From Candidatus Levyibacteriota bacterium (GTDB lineage Bacteria > Patescibacteriota > Microgenomatia > Levybacterales > UBA12049), in contig JAJDCH010000002.1 in the NCBI GenBank assembly GCA_029260905.1, positions 79,546 to 143,545 on the forward strand: a stretch of DNA of 64,000 bases, written 5' to 3'. The stretch's first letter is position 1. Each line of letters begins with the position of its first letter. Below are positions 9,306-19,338 of this stretch, one piece after another. The translations under genes were made by a program, and so were the position numbers. The notes under the pieces are model-generated. The model saw nothing but the letters and a program-made list of their open reading frames with translations. It made no database searches and was not told the origin of the DNA.

Positions 9306-10668
9306 CTATTTCTTTTATAGCTTTTTCGGTTAACTCAACAGCAAGCCCGATATAGTTTTCAGGAGTTAATTTTTTAAATTTTGTTTTTATATTTTCATCA
9401 ACTGATAATCCATCAACCCATTTGCTCCAATCTTCAGGATTTACATTCTCTCCTTTTGTAAGTGTCGAGATAAGTGAATAAGGATCATCAACATTCTCTT
9501 TTCTTAAAAAGGTTTGAATAGCCTCTCCTAGTATTGACCAGTCTTTATTAAGTGCATTTTTTATGTCTTTAATGTTTGGTTCAATTCTTGAAAGACCAGA
9601 TAGGGTGCTTTTGTATCCGATTAAAGAATTGCCAAGAAATGTTCCAATTTCTCTAAGAGTTGTACTATCAGACAAGTCTCTTTGCAGTCTTGAGATGGGT
9701 AGTTTGCGGACAAAGAAATCACCCAAAGAGTTGGCTATTCCAAGACGCCCTTCGCTATTCTCAAAATCGATCGGATTTATCTTTTGTGGCATAGTTGATG
9801 ATCCCACTTCACCTTTAACTATGTTTTGAACAAACCAGTGATCACTGATATATCTCCAGAGGTCTTGATCAAGATCAATAATAATTCCATTTATTCTTTG
9901 GTAAGTTTGCAAAACTTCAATAATGTCCTCAGGTGTATTTATTTGAGTTGTTGTGAGGTTTGGCTCTAGATCAAGTGATGATATAAATTTTTCTGAAAAC
10001 TCCAACCAATTAGTATTTGGATAAACATAATGAATAGCATTAAAATTTCCAACAGCACCGCTTAATTTCCCCGTTAGTTTAATACTTTTTAATTTGCTAA
10101 GCTCTCTATTTATTCTTATTGCAAAAACAGCAAATTCTTTACCAACTGTTGTTGGAACAGCTGCTTGTCCATGAGTTCTAGCAAGCATGGGTATGGTTTT
10201 GTATTTTTCAGCTCTTTTAGTCAGCCCTTTTAGGAGTTTTGAAAGTGTTGGTATCAATATGTCTTTAGTAGCATTTTTAAGCAAAAGGCGGTACGAAATA
10301 TTATTTACATCTTCTGATGTGAGACCAAAATGGATTTTTTCTATCAGATCAGAAAGAGATGATTTTTCAAATTTGCCTCTGAGCATTTTTTCAACTGCTT
10401 TTACATCATGTCTGGTCTCTTTTTCAATTTCTTTTACTTTTTTTATGTCATCATCAGTTATATTATTAAGTTTTTTTACTTCATCCTCTGTTATTTCTCT
10501 TGTTATTCCCGCATCAGACAAAGCAACAAGATAGCTTGTCTCTACAATAATTCTGTTTTTGATAAGACCGTATTCAGAAATAATAGTAGAGAGTTCTTCA
10601 GTTTTCTCTCTATATCTTCCATCAATACTGGAAATAGCAGTAAGAGATGATAGTTTATTATTTGTCAT
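9277..10668 (-). CDS. purB: adenylosuccinate lyase
   Basis: SSIDGRYREKTEELS N-terminus and the fumarate-lyase signature region. 463 aa. Confidence 0.85.
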   Translation of the reverse strand: MTNNKLSSLTAISSIDGRYREKTEELSTIISEYGLIKNRIIVETSYLVALSDAGITREITEDEVKKLNNITDDDIKKVKEIEKETRHDVKAVEKMLRGKFEKSSLSDLIEKIHFGLTSEDVNNISYRLLLKNATKDILIPTLSKLLKGLTKRAEKYKTIPMLARTHGQAAVPTTVGKEFAVFAIRINRELSKLKSIKLTGKLSGAVGNFNAIHYVYPNTNWLEFSEKFISSLDLEPNLTTTQINTPEDIIEVLQTYQRINGIIIDLDQDLWRYISDHWFVQNIVKGEVGSSTMPQKINPIDFENSEGRLGIANSLGDFFVRKLPISRLQRDLSDSTTLREIGTFLGNSLIGYKSTLSGLSRIEPNIKDIKNALNKDWSILGEAIQTFLRKENVDDPYSLISTLTKGENVNPEDWSKWVDGLSVDENIKTKFKKLTPENYIGLAVELTEKAIKEIDDSKNANDN

Positions 10669-10669
10669 A

Positions 10670-11764
10670 TTAACTTATTATATCTTTTAATTTATTTTTT
10701 TCTTGAGCCTCTCGGATTTCCATAGCAATTCTGCGTCCGACATTTACTGGTTTACCAAAAAGGTATCCACTATATGGAGTAGCTGTGATTCCTGGAGAGC
10801 CTGGGAAGCGGGGAGAAACGTCAATTACAACGATGTCTTTTTTGGGCGGGCCAGGAACTATAAAAGATTGAAGCGCAAACGGTCCGATAACACCAGGGTT
10901 TGAGAGTTTTTTGCAGGCTTTTACAAATCTCTCGCCTATCTCAAATGCTGGTTGAAGCATTGACTCAAGAACAGTTACAGCAGTATGGCTTGCTTCTTCA
11001 TAAGAGATTGTGATTTTTTTTAGAACTTCTTCCTGATAATTAACTGGTAGTTTGGTTATTCCATAAAAGTTTGTTTGGCGTCTGGTGTCAGTTCCAAGAA
11101 GTTCAAGTCTGTCTGAGATGGGTGAGTAGAAGAAGTTGAAGTTAACTTGTACTCCTACGATGAATTCTTCAATCACAGCTTTTTTGACCTGCTCTTCTGT
11201 AAAAAGTCCAATATACATCTTTTGTTCAATTTGCTTAAGATAATCTTCGTAACTATCAACGATGAAGAATGCTCTTTCAAATTCTCTGTCTTTCTCAAGA
11301 ATCTTTACAAGACATACTCTGTCTATTTTTTTTGGGTCCTTAAACTGTTTGGGATAACGGATTTTGGCAACATCAAGAAGGTCGTATTGGTTTGGCTTGA
11401 AGCCTCTTTCCTCAATCCTTAGAAGTTTTTTGTTTCCAAACATAGGGACTTCAAATTTATTTTCAATTGCATCATAGTCATTGACATATACCTCAAACGA
11501 TCTATTTGGGATAAAAATTGCATTTGCTATTTTTAATTTTTCCTGGATATCAGGATTTAGTACATCTGAAAATTTGTCTACCAAAATTACCTCATCAACA
11601 CATCCGATTTCACCGTTTGATTTGTAATACTTTACATAAGTAGATTCTCTGCCTTTTTCGCAAACAACTATGTTTTTAAATCCCTCATCTTTGGCTCCAC
11701 GAGCTACTTCAAGTGCTGAATGGCTACCAATTGCTGCAATTGTTATTGGTTTGTTGTTGTTCAT
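10670..11764 (-). CDS. purP: PurP-like ATP-grasp protein (5-formaminoimidazole-4-carboxamide ribotide synthetase family), paralog 1
   Basis: 364 aa. N-terminus ITIAAIGSHSALEVARGAKDEGF is the PurP hallmark; ~45% identity by eye to the second paralog. Confidence 0.65.
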   Translation of the reverse strand: MNNNKPITIAAIGSHSALEVARGAKDEGFKNIVVCEKGRESTYVKYYKSNGEIGCVDEVILVDKFSDVLNPDIQEKLKIANAIFIPNRSFEVYVNDYDAIENKFEVPMFGNKKLLRIEERGFKPNQYDLLDVAKIRYPKQFKDPKKIDRVCLVKILEKDREFERAFFIVDSYEDYLKQIEQKMYIGLFTEEQVKKAVIEEFIVGVQVNFNFFYSPISDRLELLGTDTRRQTNFYGITKLPVNYQEEVLKKITISYEEASHTAVTVLESMLQPAFEIGERFVKACKKLSNPGVIGPFALQSFIVPGPPKKDIVVIDVSPRFPGSPGITATPYSGYLFGKPVNVGRRIAMEIREAQEKNKLKDIIS

Positions 11765-11765
11765 G

Positions 11766-13259
11766 TTAGTGTTTAAAACTTCTGACTCCCGTAAATATCA
11801 TAGCGACATTTGCTTCATTGCAAGCATCAATTGTTTCTTGGTCTCTGATAGAGCCTCCTGGTTGAATTATTGCTTTTATTCCTGCTTTTATCAATGTGTC
11901 TGGCCCATCTCTGAAAGGAAAAAATCCATCAGTTGCTGTGACTGCTTCTTCAAGAGAATTAAGCGCCTTGCTGACACATAGCTCGCAACATCTTTTTCTG
12001 TCTTGTTGACCAACCCCAGACGCAATTAAAACACCATCTTTTACGGCAACAACGCAGTTTGATTTACTGACTTGAGATATTTTCCAAGCAAACATTAGGT
12101 CATCAATCTGCTTGCTAGTTGGGCTTTTCTTTGTTACTATTTTTAGATTATTTTTATCAAGCCTATTGATGTCTGTGTCCTGGATTAGATATCCGCCTCT
12201 GACTCTCTTTTGATCATCATACGGCACAAGAAAAGGTTTTTCAAGTTCTTTATTTTCAAGAAGCTGAAGCTTGGGTCTGTTGCTGAATTCCATCAAGGCT
12301 TCTTTTGTAAATCCTGGGGCTCCTACTATTTCAAAAAATTTCTTGTCTGCAAGCATTTGTTTTGCCAATTTTTCATCAACAACTCTGTTAAATAAGATTA
12401 CGCCTCCAAATGCAGCTAGGGGATCTCCCTCAAACCATGCTTTTTGAAAAGCATCATGAATAGTATCAGCAATTGCAGCGCCACATGGATTGGTATGTTT
12501 TAAGATGACACAAGCAGGTTTTGTGCCGTTGATTAGTGAAATTGTCATAAGGCCTGAATCAAGATCTAGGTAGTTATTGAATGATGTTTCTTTTCCTTGA
12601 AGAACCTTGAAGTTGCCAAGTCCTAGTTTGTCTTTTCCGTTGTCGGTAAAGAAAAAGGCTTTTTGATGAGGGTTTTCTCCATATCTTAATTCTTTTCCGT
12701 TTTTAAAAACCTGATATTTATTTTCTGATCCGAAGAAGCTTGAGATCGAGATATCATATTCGGTGACGTAAGAAAATGCTTTTGCAGCTAATTTTTTTCT
12801 CACAGCAAGGATTGTTTGTCCATTTGTCAGTAGTTTATAATCCCCAGGATCAACCAGGACAGATACGCTTTCATAGTTTTTGGCAGCAGCTCTTACCATT
12901 GTTGGTCCGCCAACATCAATCATCTCGATACCAGGCTTTTCACTAAAGGCATAAAAATTGCAGATCACGAAATCTATATGAGGAATTTTTAACTCCTTTG
13001 CTTCTTTTTGGTGAGTTTTATTGTTTCTATCAAAGAGAATTCCTGAGAGTGTCTGAAAGCTGATTGTCTTTACTCGACCACCAAAGCTTTCAGGATTTTT
13101 GGTTATTTCTTCAATTGGTGTAATCTTGATTTTATTTTTCTTAAGAAGCTTGGCTGTTCCGCCAGTTGCTATTATTTCAATATTATTTTTTATGAGGTTT
13201 TTTGCCAGATCTACAATTCCGGTTTTATCATAAACACTGATTAGGGCGTATTTCTTCAT
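11766..13259 (-). CDS. purH: bifunctional AICAR transformylase / IMP cyclohydrolase
   Basis: 497 aa. MGS-like N-domain (ISVYDKTGIVDLAK) plus AICARFT domain. Confidence 0.9.
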   Translation of the reverse strand: MKKYALISVYDKTGIVDLAKNLIKNNIEIIATGGTAKLLKKNKIKITPIEEITKNPESFGGRVKTISFQTLSGILFDRNNKTHQKEAKELKIPHIDFVICNFYAFSEKPGIEMIDVGGPTMVRAAAKNYESVSVLVDPGDYKLLTNGQTILAVRKKLAAKAFSYVTEYDISISSFFGSENKYQVFKNGKELRYGENPHQKAFFFTDNGKDKLGLGNFKVLQGKETSFNNYLDLDSGLMTISLINGTKPACVILKHTNPCGAAIADTIHDAFQKAWFEGDPLAAFGGVILFNRVVDEKLAKQMLADKKFFEIVGAPGFTKEALMEFSNRPKLQLLENKELEKPFLVPYDDQKRVRGGYLIQDTDINRLDKNNLKIVTKKSPTSKQIDDLMFAWKISQVSKSNCVVAVKDGVLIASGVGQQDRKRCCELCVSKALNSLEEAVTATDGFFPFRDGPDTLIKAGIKAIIQPGGSIRDQETIDACNEANVAMIFTGVRSFKH

Positions 13260-13261
13260 AA

Positions 13262-14278
13262 TTATCCAAGGATTAAGGGCAGTTTGTTTTTATCAATTGC
13301 AATTTTTATTTCCCTTGCGATCCTTCTTCCTGTGCTCATTGGTTCGTTGTAGTAGAGCCATGAATAGGGTGAGCCATGGGTGAATAGATTGGTGCCTGCA
13401 ACGATTCTGCAAGAAATTTCAAGTACATAAAATTTGGCATCAGACGTAATGATTGTTTCAAGACAGAATGGCCCAAAAATTCCTTTTTTGTCAATAATTT
13501 TTCTTGATGCGTTTATTGTTTTTCTTCCCATATCGTATGCTTCAGGCAGCATGCTTTCTCGTAGTACGAGATCGCTATTTCCAACAACAACATAGCTTGG
13601 CTCAATGTCTAGTCCCTCTTGTCCCAGAAGTGGAATTCTTCCTATTCCATCAGCATTTGTTTCATATCTTCTATCAATGCTCATTATCTCCAGTTTGTCG
13701 TTAAGAGGAGAATAGAAGTAGTGGATATAAAGCGGCACACCAATTACGTATTCCTGGACTATAAATTTTTTACCACTAAATGTAGTTATTTTTTTCTCAA
13801 AATCTGTTTTGTTTTTAGCGTAAAAATATCCTTTTCCACCGGCTGCACCATAAGATTTGACGATAATTGGATAAGTGACTGGTTCGTGTTCAAAATCAAA
13901 CTGTTTGGGAATGTTTATTTTTGCTTTTTTTAACCATTCCCTTTGTTTTCTTCTGTCCTCCTCCCAGTCAAGGACGTGCTTGTTTCCATAATAGGGGAGA
14001 TTCATGTTTTTATTTTTTTCAGATCCTAGATAGGCAACAAATGATCCATGAGGAATGATAATTACATTTTTTTTCTTTAATTCTTTTTCAACTGATGGAA
14101 AGTCAGAAAAATCAGAAAGGGAAATAAACTCATCAATAAAAGGAAAAGATCTGTAGAATTCTTCCTTTTCCTTTTTTGTGATAATGAGAGTATTGAACCC
14201 TTCGTCTTTGGCCCCTTTTAATATCTGAAGTGATGAATGGCTTCCTAGTGTAGCAATTGTGTATTTATTATTTTTCAT
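13262..14278 (-). CDS. purP: PurP-like ATP-grasp protein, paralog 2
   Basis: 338 aa. N-terminus YTIATLGSHSSLQILKGAKDEGF. Confidence 0.65.
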   Translation of the reverse strand: MKNNKYTIATLGSHSSLQILKGAKDEGFNTLIITKKEKEEFYRSFPFIDEFISLSDFSDFPSVEKELKKKNVIIIPHGSFVAYLGSEKNKNMNLPYYGNKHVLDWEEDRRKQREWLKKAKINIPKQFDFEHEPVTYPIIVKSYGAAGGKGYFYAKNKTDFEKKITTFSGKKFIVQEYVIGVPLYIHYFYSPLNDKLEIMSIDRRYETNADGIGRIPLLGQEGLDIEPSYVVVGNSDLVLRESMLPEAYDMGRKTINASRKIIDKKGIFGPFCLETIITSDAKFYVLEISCRIVAGTNLFTHGSPYSWLYYNEPMSTGRRIAREIKIAIDKNKLPLILG

Positions 14279-14281
14279 AGT

Positions 14282-15133
14282 TTATTTACTAAAATATTGT
14301 ACAGCATTTTTGAATATAGATAAACCCGGTCCTTCAGATGGTATTTTCTTACCTCTTCTTTTGTATTCCTCTTTTTTAATTTGCCAGTTGGGGAGTTGGG
14401 TAAAAAACATGCCTCTCTCTGGATGGGGCATGAGACCAAGTATTTTTCCTGTTTCATCAATGATGCCTGCTATGTCGAGAACTGATCCGTTGGGGTTGTA
14501 GGAAAGATCAAGATATTTACTCATTTCACCGGGCTCATATTTTAGTGCAATTTGTTTGTTCGTTTTAAGTTTTTTAAGATCATTTTCTTTTGCAAAGAAT
14601 TTTCCTTCTCCATGCGCAATTGGTAAGGATAGTTTTTTAATTCCTGCAAGCCAGGGGGTTCTAGCTGTTACTCTTAGATCAGTCCAGCGACATGTGAATC
14701 TCGCGTTTTTATTATTCAAAAGCGCTAAGTCTCTTTGACCATAATTTTTTTCAAATGCTGGAAAGAGCCCAGTATCGGCAATAATCTGACAGCCATTGCA
14801 GATTCCGATTACTAATTTATCTTTTTCTATGAATTTTAATAACTTTTCCCAGAGATGATTTTTGATTTTGTTTGCGTATGCATTACCAGCTCCAGTATCA
14901 TCGCCATATGAAAATCCTCCGGGTAAAGAAAGAATTTGATAGTCATCCAATTTGTAAATTCCATCAATTATGTCATTGATGTGGACTATTTCTGATTTTG
15001 CGCCAGCCAGTGTAAATCCATAGGCTGTTTCTGCCTCAGAGTTAAGTCCATATCCTGAAAATATTAATGCTTTTGGTTTGTACATATTAATAATTTTGAA
15101 AAGTTTCTCTATATTGGTTTTTTGCCTGATCAA
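14282..15133 (-). CDS. purQ: phosphoribosylformylglycinamidine synthase glutaminase subunit
   Basis: Class I GATase with the GICNGCQ nucleophile elbow and HPE(R) C-terminal motif. Confidence 0.8.
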   Translation of the reverse strand: MIRQKTNIEKLFKIINMYKPKALIFSGYGLNSEAETAYGFTLAGAKSEIVHINDIIDGIYKLDDYQILSLPGGFSYGDDTGAGNAYANKIKNHLWEKLLKFIEKDKLVIGICNGCQIIADTGLFPAFEKNYGQRDLALLNNKNARFTCRWTDLRVTARTPWLAGIKKLSLPIAHGEGKFFAKENDLKKLKTNKQIALKYEPGEMSKYLDLSYNPNGSVLDIAGIIDETGKILGLMPHPERGMFFTQLPNWQIKKEEYKRRGKKIPSEGPGLSIFKNAVQYFSK

Positions 15134-18053
15134 GTTTAATATTAACTATTTCTTTATTTGATAATCCTTTTATTTTTATCACCGATTTTTTAGTAACAAC
15201 TCCGATTTGTCTAATTTTGTTTCCTTTCATAATTTTTTCAAACGCTTTTTTATTTTGTGGCGCAATTGTTATAAGGATTCTGCCTTGGCTTTCTGAGAAT
15301 AGAGTCAGATCATCTCTTGAGACACTACCTGGTATATTTTTAAGTGAGATATCCACTCCAAGCATACCACCAATTGATTTTTTGGCAATAGCAACAGCCA
15401 GACCGCCTCTGCCGATGCTGATACTTGATGCAACTAATTCTTTTTGAAGTGTTTTGTAGAAATCCTTGTACATTTTTAAATTCTTTTTTGTATTAACAAT
15501 GGGTGTCTTCGAGTTGCTAATTTTCTTCATAGATAAATATTCGGACCCTCCTAGCTCATCAAAAGTTTCACCTATTATATAGATCAAATCATTTTCATTT
15601 TTTGCATCAAGAGAAACTGTTTTGTTTATATCCTCAATAACACCAATTGATGAAATCAGAAGAGTTGGAGGAATTGTGATTTTTACTGGTTTGCTGTTTT
15701 TATCAAATCCGTTAAATTCATTAAACATACTGTCTTTGCCTGAAATATATGGAGTTTCATAGTCAATTGCTATGTCATAGCATGCTTTGGCTGCCATTTT
15801 TAGTTGGAAAAGTCTTTTAGTGTTGTTGCTTTCTGTCCAGCAAAAATTATCAAGTAGAGCGATATAGTCAGGATTTCCACCTACTGCAACTGCATTGCGA
15901 ACTGCTGTGTCTATACTTGCTGCAGCCATGTCATAAGGATTTATGTCGGAGTACATTGGATAAAGAGCCTGAGACATCACAACGCCTCTTTGAGACTGAA
16001 GAACTGGACGGAAAACAGATGCGTCTGAGTTAACTCTTCCTGATCCCTGAAGTGGTCCCAGGACTGCACCTCCGAGCACTATATGATCGTACTGGGCAGA
16101 GATGAATTCAATACTTGCTATGTTTAATCTCGCAAGCATCTGAGAAAAAGATTTATTTAGATTCATATCATTTGGTATTATTGCTTGCTGTTTGGTGTTT
16201 GATGTTTTATCTGAAACCATCTTTCGCTTGGGCAAACCTTCGTGGAGGAATTCCATGTCAATATCTAGAATTATTTTGTTTTTGTATTTGACGATTCCTT
16301 TTTTTGAATTGGTAAATTTACCAATTGTCGTTGCTTCAACGCCGCGTTTTTTCATAAGGGAACTAAACTTAGCCCAGTTTTTTTCAGGAACAGCTAGGGT
16401 CATTCTTTCTTGGGATTCTGATATCCAGATTTCCCAAGGGTCCAGGCCTTCGTATTTGAGCGGGGTTTTTTCAAGATTCAGCACAAATCCTCCTGACTCT
16501 TTTGCCATTTCTGAAACAGAGCAAGACAGTCCTCCTGCTCCATTATCAGTTATGCTGTTGTAGAGAAGCTCTCCTCTTGCTTCATTTATGATTGCATCGC
16601 TTAATTTTTTTTGTGTGATAGGGTCACCGATCTGGACAGCTGCTGCTGGACTTCCTGTATTAAGGCTTTCTGATGAAAAGGTTGCTCCGTGTACACCGTC
16701 TTTTCCGACTCTTCCACCGATCATGACTATCAAGTCACCAGGTAGAGCTTTTTTGATGTGTGAGGGTTTGTTTTTTATTTTTTTGGGGATAAGACCTATT
16801 GTTCCTGCAAAGACAAGTGGTTTGCCTCTGTAGCCTTCATGAAAATAAACAAATCCCTGAGGAGTTGGGATTCCTGATTGATTACCACCTGCGTTTATTC
16901 CAGCAATAACGCCATCCATAATCCTACGGGATGAGAGCATTTTTTGAGATTTATTTTTATCTCTATATAAAGGTATGTCTACTGTAGGGTCTGCAAGGCA
17001 AAACCCGTAAAAATTAGCAACTGGTTTGGCTCCAAGTCCAAATCCAAGTGTGTCCCGGTTTACCCCGACGATTCCAGTTATTGCTCCGCCAAATGGGTCA
17101 AGTGCCGATGGGCTATTATGTGTTTCAACCTTATGAGTAATTAAATAATTTTCATCGAATGAAATGCCGCCTGAATTATCAGTGAATACTGATACACAAA
17201 AGTCATTTTTGCCTTTTAACTTTCTTATTTTTTCAGTTGCTCCTTTGATGTAGGTCTTGTAAAGCCCTTTTTTAATATCATCAATCGGATCGTTAAAAAT
17301 AGTGTGCTTACAATGCTCAGACCAGGTTTGGGCAAGTGATTCTAGTTCGATATCAGTCGGGTTTCGATTGATTTTCTTAAAATAGCTTTGGATAGTTTTC
17401 ATAAAAGTAAGATCAAGCGCGAGAGGTCCGCGAGTTGTTCCATCCTGGTTCTGGATTCCATTTTTTCCGATTTTTACCAACTCTTCATCGCTTATATTTA
17501 GATTTACCTCAGTTACTCTGGGTTGATGCTTTATATTTACTTTTGGAACGATTATATCCATACCGCCGTCTTTTAAAAATTGCTCATAGCTCTTGATGTG
17601 AGCTCTTTGGATGAGCGGATTGTAAAGAGTTAGTGATATTTCTCTTGCATCATTTTCAGATAGTTTGCCTTTCAAGAAGGTTACCTGAGATGAGTAGACA
17701 TCTTCATCATCTCTAAATTTTGTTTTTAGACTATCTTTGATTATTTCCTTTGCAGTATGTCCGATGTTATCAGTAACTCCAGGTAAAAATCCAATCTCTA
17801 TTGCAAAGCTAAATTCTTGGGGAGGAGTGTATTTGATTTTTTTTGTTCTAAAAACTACTGATTGGGTAAGAGGATTTGAGAGTTTCCCACCAATTGATAC
17901 CAGTTGTTTAGCATCTAGTTTTTTTGCAACGGTATAAATGTCATAGATCCAAAGATCTTTTATTTTTTTAAATCCCTGATTTTTTAGTTTTTCAATACGG
18001 GTTTTGGCTCTGGTATCAAAAACATTTGTAATTATTCCAATTCTTGTTGTCAT
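15087..18053 (-). CDS. purL: phosphoribosylformylglycinamidine synthase II with N-terminal PurS-like extension
   Basis: 988 aa. The PurL core begins near ELESLAQTWSEHCKH. The ~230-aa N-terminal extension contains PurS-like segments (e.g. ...LTLYNPLIQ...). It overlaps purQ by 47 nt, so the true start may be an internal codon. Confidence 0.85.
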   Translation of the reverse strand: MTTRIGIITNVFDTRAKTRIEKLKNQGFKKIKDLWIYDIYTVAKKLDAKQLVSIGGKLSNPLTQSVVFRTKKIKYTPPQEFSFAIEIGFLPGVTDNIGHTAKEIIKDSLKTKFRDDEDVYSSQVTFLKGKLSENDAREISLTLYNPLIQRAHIKSYEQFLKDGGMDIIVPKVNIKHQPRVTEVNLNISDEELVKIGKNGIQNQDGTTRGPLALDLTFMKTIQSYFKKINRNPTDIELESLAQTWSEHCKHTIFNDPIDDIKKGLYKTYIKGATEKIRKLKGKNDFCVSVFTDNSGGISFDENYLITHKVETHNSPSALDPFGGAITGIVGVNRDTLGFGLGAKPVANFYGFCLADPTVDIPLYRDKNKSQKMLSSRRIMDGVIAGINAGGNQSGIPTPQGFVYFHEGYRGKPLVFAGTIGLIPKKIKNKPSHIKKALPGDLIVMIGGRVGKDGVHGATFSSESLNTGSPAAAVQIGDPITQKKLSDAIINEARGELLYNSITDNGAGGLSCSVSEMAKESGGFVLNLEKTPLKYEGLDPWEIWISESQERMTLAVPEKNWAKFSSLMKKRGVEATTIGKFTNSKKGIVKYKNKIILDIDMEFLHEGLPKRKMVSDKTSNTKQQAIIPNDMNLNKSFSQMLARLNIASIEFISAQYDHIVLGGAVLGPLQGSGRVNSDASVFRPVLQSQRGVVMSQALYPMYSDINPYDMAAASIDTAVRNAVAVGGNPDYIALLDNFCWTESNNTKRLFQLKMAAKACYDIAIDYETPYISGKDSMFNEFNGFDKNSKPVKITIPPTLLISSIGVIEDINKTVSLDAKNENDLIYIIGETFDELGGSEYLSMKKISNSKTPIVNTKKNLKMYKDFYKTLQKELVASSISIGRGGLAVAIAKKSIGGMLGVDISLKNIPGSVSRDDLTLFSESQGRILITIAPQNKKAFEKIMKGNKIRQIGVVTKKSVIKIKGLSNKEIVNIKLDQAKNQYRETFQNY

Positions 18054-19324
18054 AGCTTGCCTATATCTGATCTGTATTGCATTCCCTTAAAATGTATACC
18101 GTTTTTACCAATTGCAGAATATGCTTTATTCAGCGCTTCATCAAGAGTTTTTCCTGTAGCTGTTACACCCAAGACCCGACCGCCGTTTGTGACAATATTG
18201 TCTTCATTTTTTTTGGTAGCGAAGTGGAAAACAACAATTTCAGGATCATCGACAAATTTATCTAATCCATGGATCGGAATCCCTTTTTGCGAACTGGCGG
18301 GATAGCCGGCTGATGCAAGGACAATGCAGCAGGCGAATTTGCTTGACCATTTTATGTCTATTTCCGAAAGTCTTTCCTCTACGCAAGCGTTTAATATTTC
18401 GAAAATATCTGTCTTGAGAAGTCTCATGTATGATTCCATTTCAGGATCACCAAATCTCGAATTGAACTCAATTACTTTTGGACCGTCTTTTGTCAGCATC
18501 AGTCCTGGATAAAGACATCCTGTAAAAGGGATTCCCATTTTTTTCATTCCCTGAATTGCTGGAATTACAATTTTTTCTTTTATTTCATTAATTTCCTTTT
18601 TTGATATTTCAGAAAGTGGCGCGATAGTTCCCATACCTCCAGTATTGGGACCTTTGTGTCCATCATAAATTGGTTTGTGATCTCTTGCAGTTGGGAAAAG
18701 TGAAATTGTTCTCCCGTCAGAGAATGCATGAATTGAGACTTCTTTTCCCTCTAGATATTCCTCGATTACTATTTCAGATCCAGCATCACCGAAAACCTTT
18801 TTGACCATTGCGTCATTAATTGCGTTGATCGCCTCATTGATTGTTTTTGCAACAACAACACCTTTGCCTAGTGCTAGGCCTGATGCTTTTATGACGATTG
18901 GTGCTTTGTGTTTTCTTGCATAATCCTTGGCCTTTTCAGGATCTGTAAAGGTTTGGTATGCTGCTGTTGGTATATTATTTTTTTTCATCAGATCTTTTGC
19001 AAAGGCTTTTGAGGATTCGATTTGCGCAGCTTCTTTTGTGGGACCAAAAATTTTAAGTCGCTGTTTTTTAAAGATATTTACGATTCCTGCTGCTAAAATA
19101 TCATCTGGTCCTGCAATTGTAAGATCAATTGAATTTTCTTTGGCAAATTTTATCAATGAGTCAAAATCCAGAGGATTTATGTTTGTGTTTTCTCCAACTT
19201 GTGCGGTTCCAGCAGTTCCTGGAGCAAAATAAATTTTCTCAACTTTGGGAGATTGCTTTAGTTTCCAGCCGAGTGCGTGTTCACGTCCACCTGATCCGAT
19301 AATTAAAATATTCTGCCTGTTCAT
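18050..19324 (-). CDS. purD: phosphoribosylamine-glycine ligase
   Basis: ILIIGSGGREHALGWKL N-terminus, ATP-grasp. Confidence 0.9.
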   Translation of the reverse strand: MNRQNILIIGSGGREHALGWKLKQSPKVEKIYFAPGTAGTAQVGENTNINPLDFDSLIKFAKENSIDLTIAGPDDILAAGIVNIFKKQRLKIFGPTKEAAQIESSKAFAKDLMKKNNIPTAAYQTFTDPEKAKDYARKHKAPIVIKASGLALGKGVVVAKTINEAINAINDAMVKKVFGDAGSEIVIEEYLEGKEVSIHAFSDGRTISLFPTARDHKPIYDGHKGPNTGGMGTIAPLSEISKKEINEIKEKIVIPAIQGMKKMGIPFTGCLYPGLMLTKDGPKVIEFNSRFGDPEMESYMRLLKTDIFEILNACVEERLSEIDIKWSSKFACCIVLASAGYPASSQKGIPIHGLDKFVDDPEIVVFHFATKKNEDNIVTNGGRVLGVTATGKTLDEALNKAYSAIGKNGIHFKGMQYRSDIGKL

Positions 19325-19338
19325 ATGTTTTTATTTTT

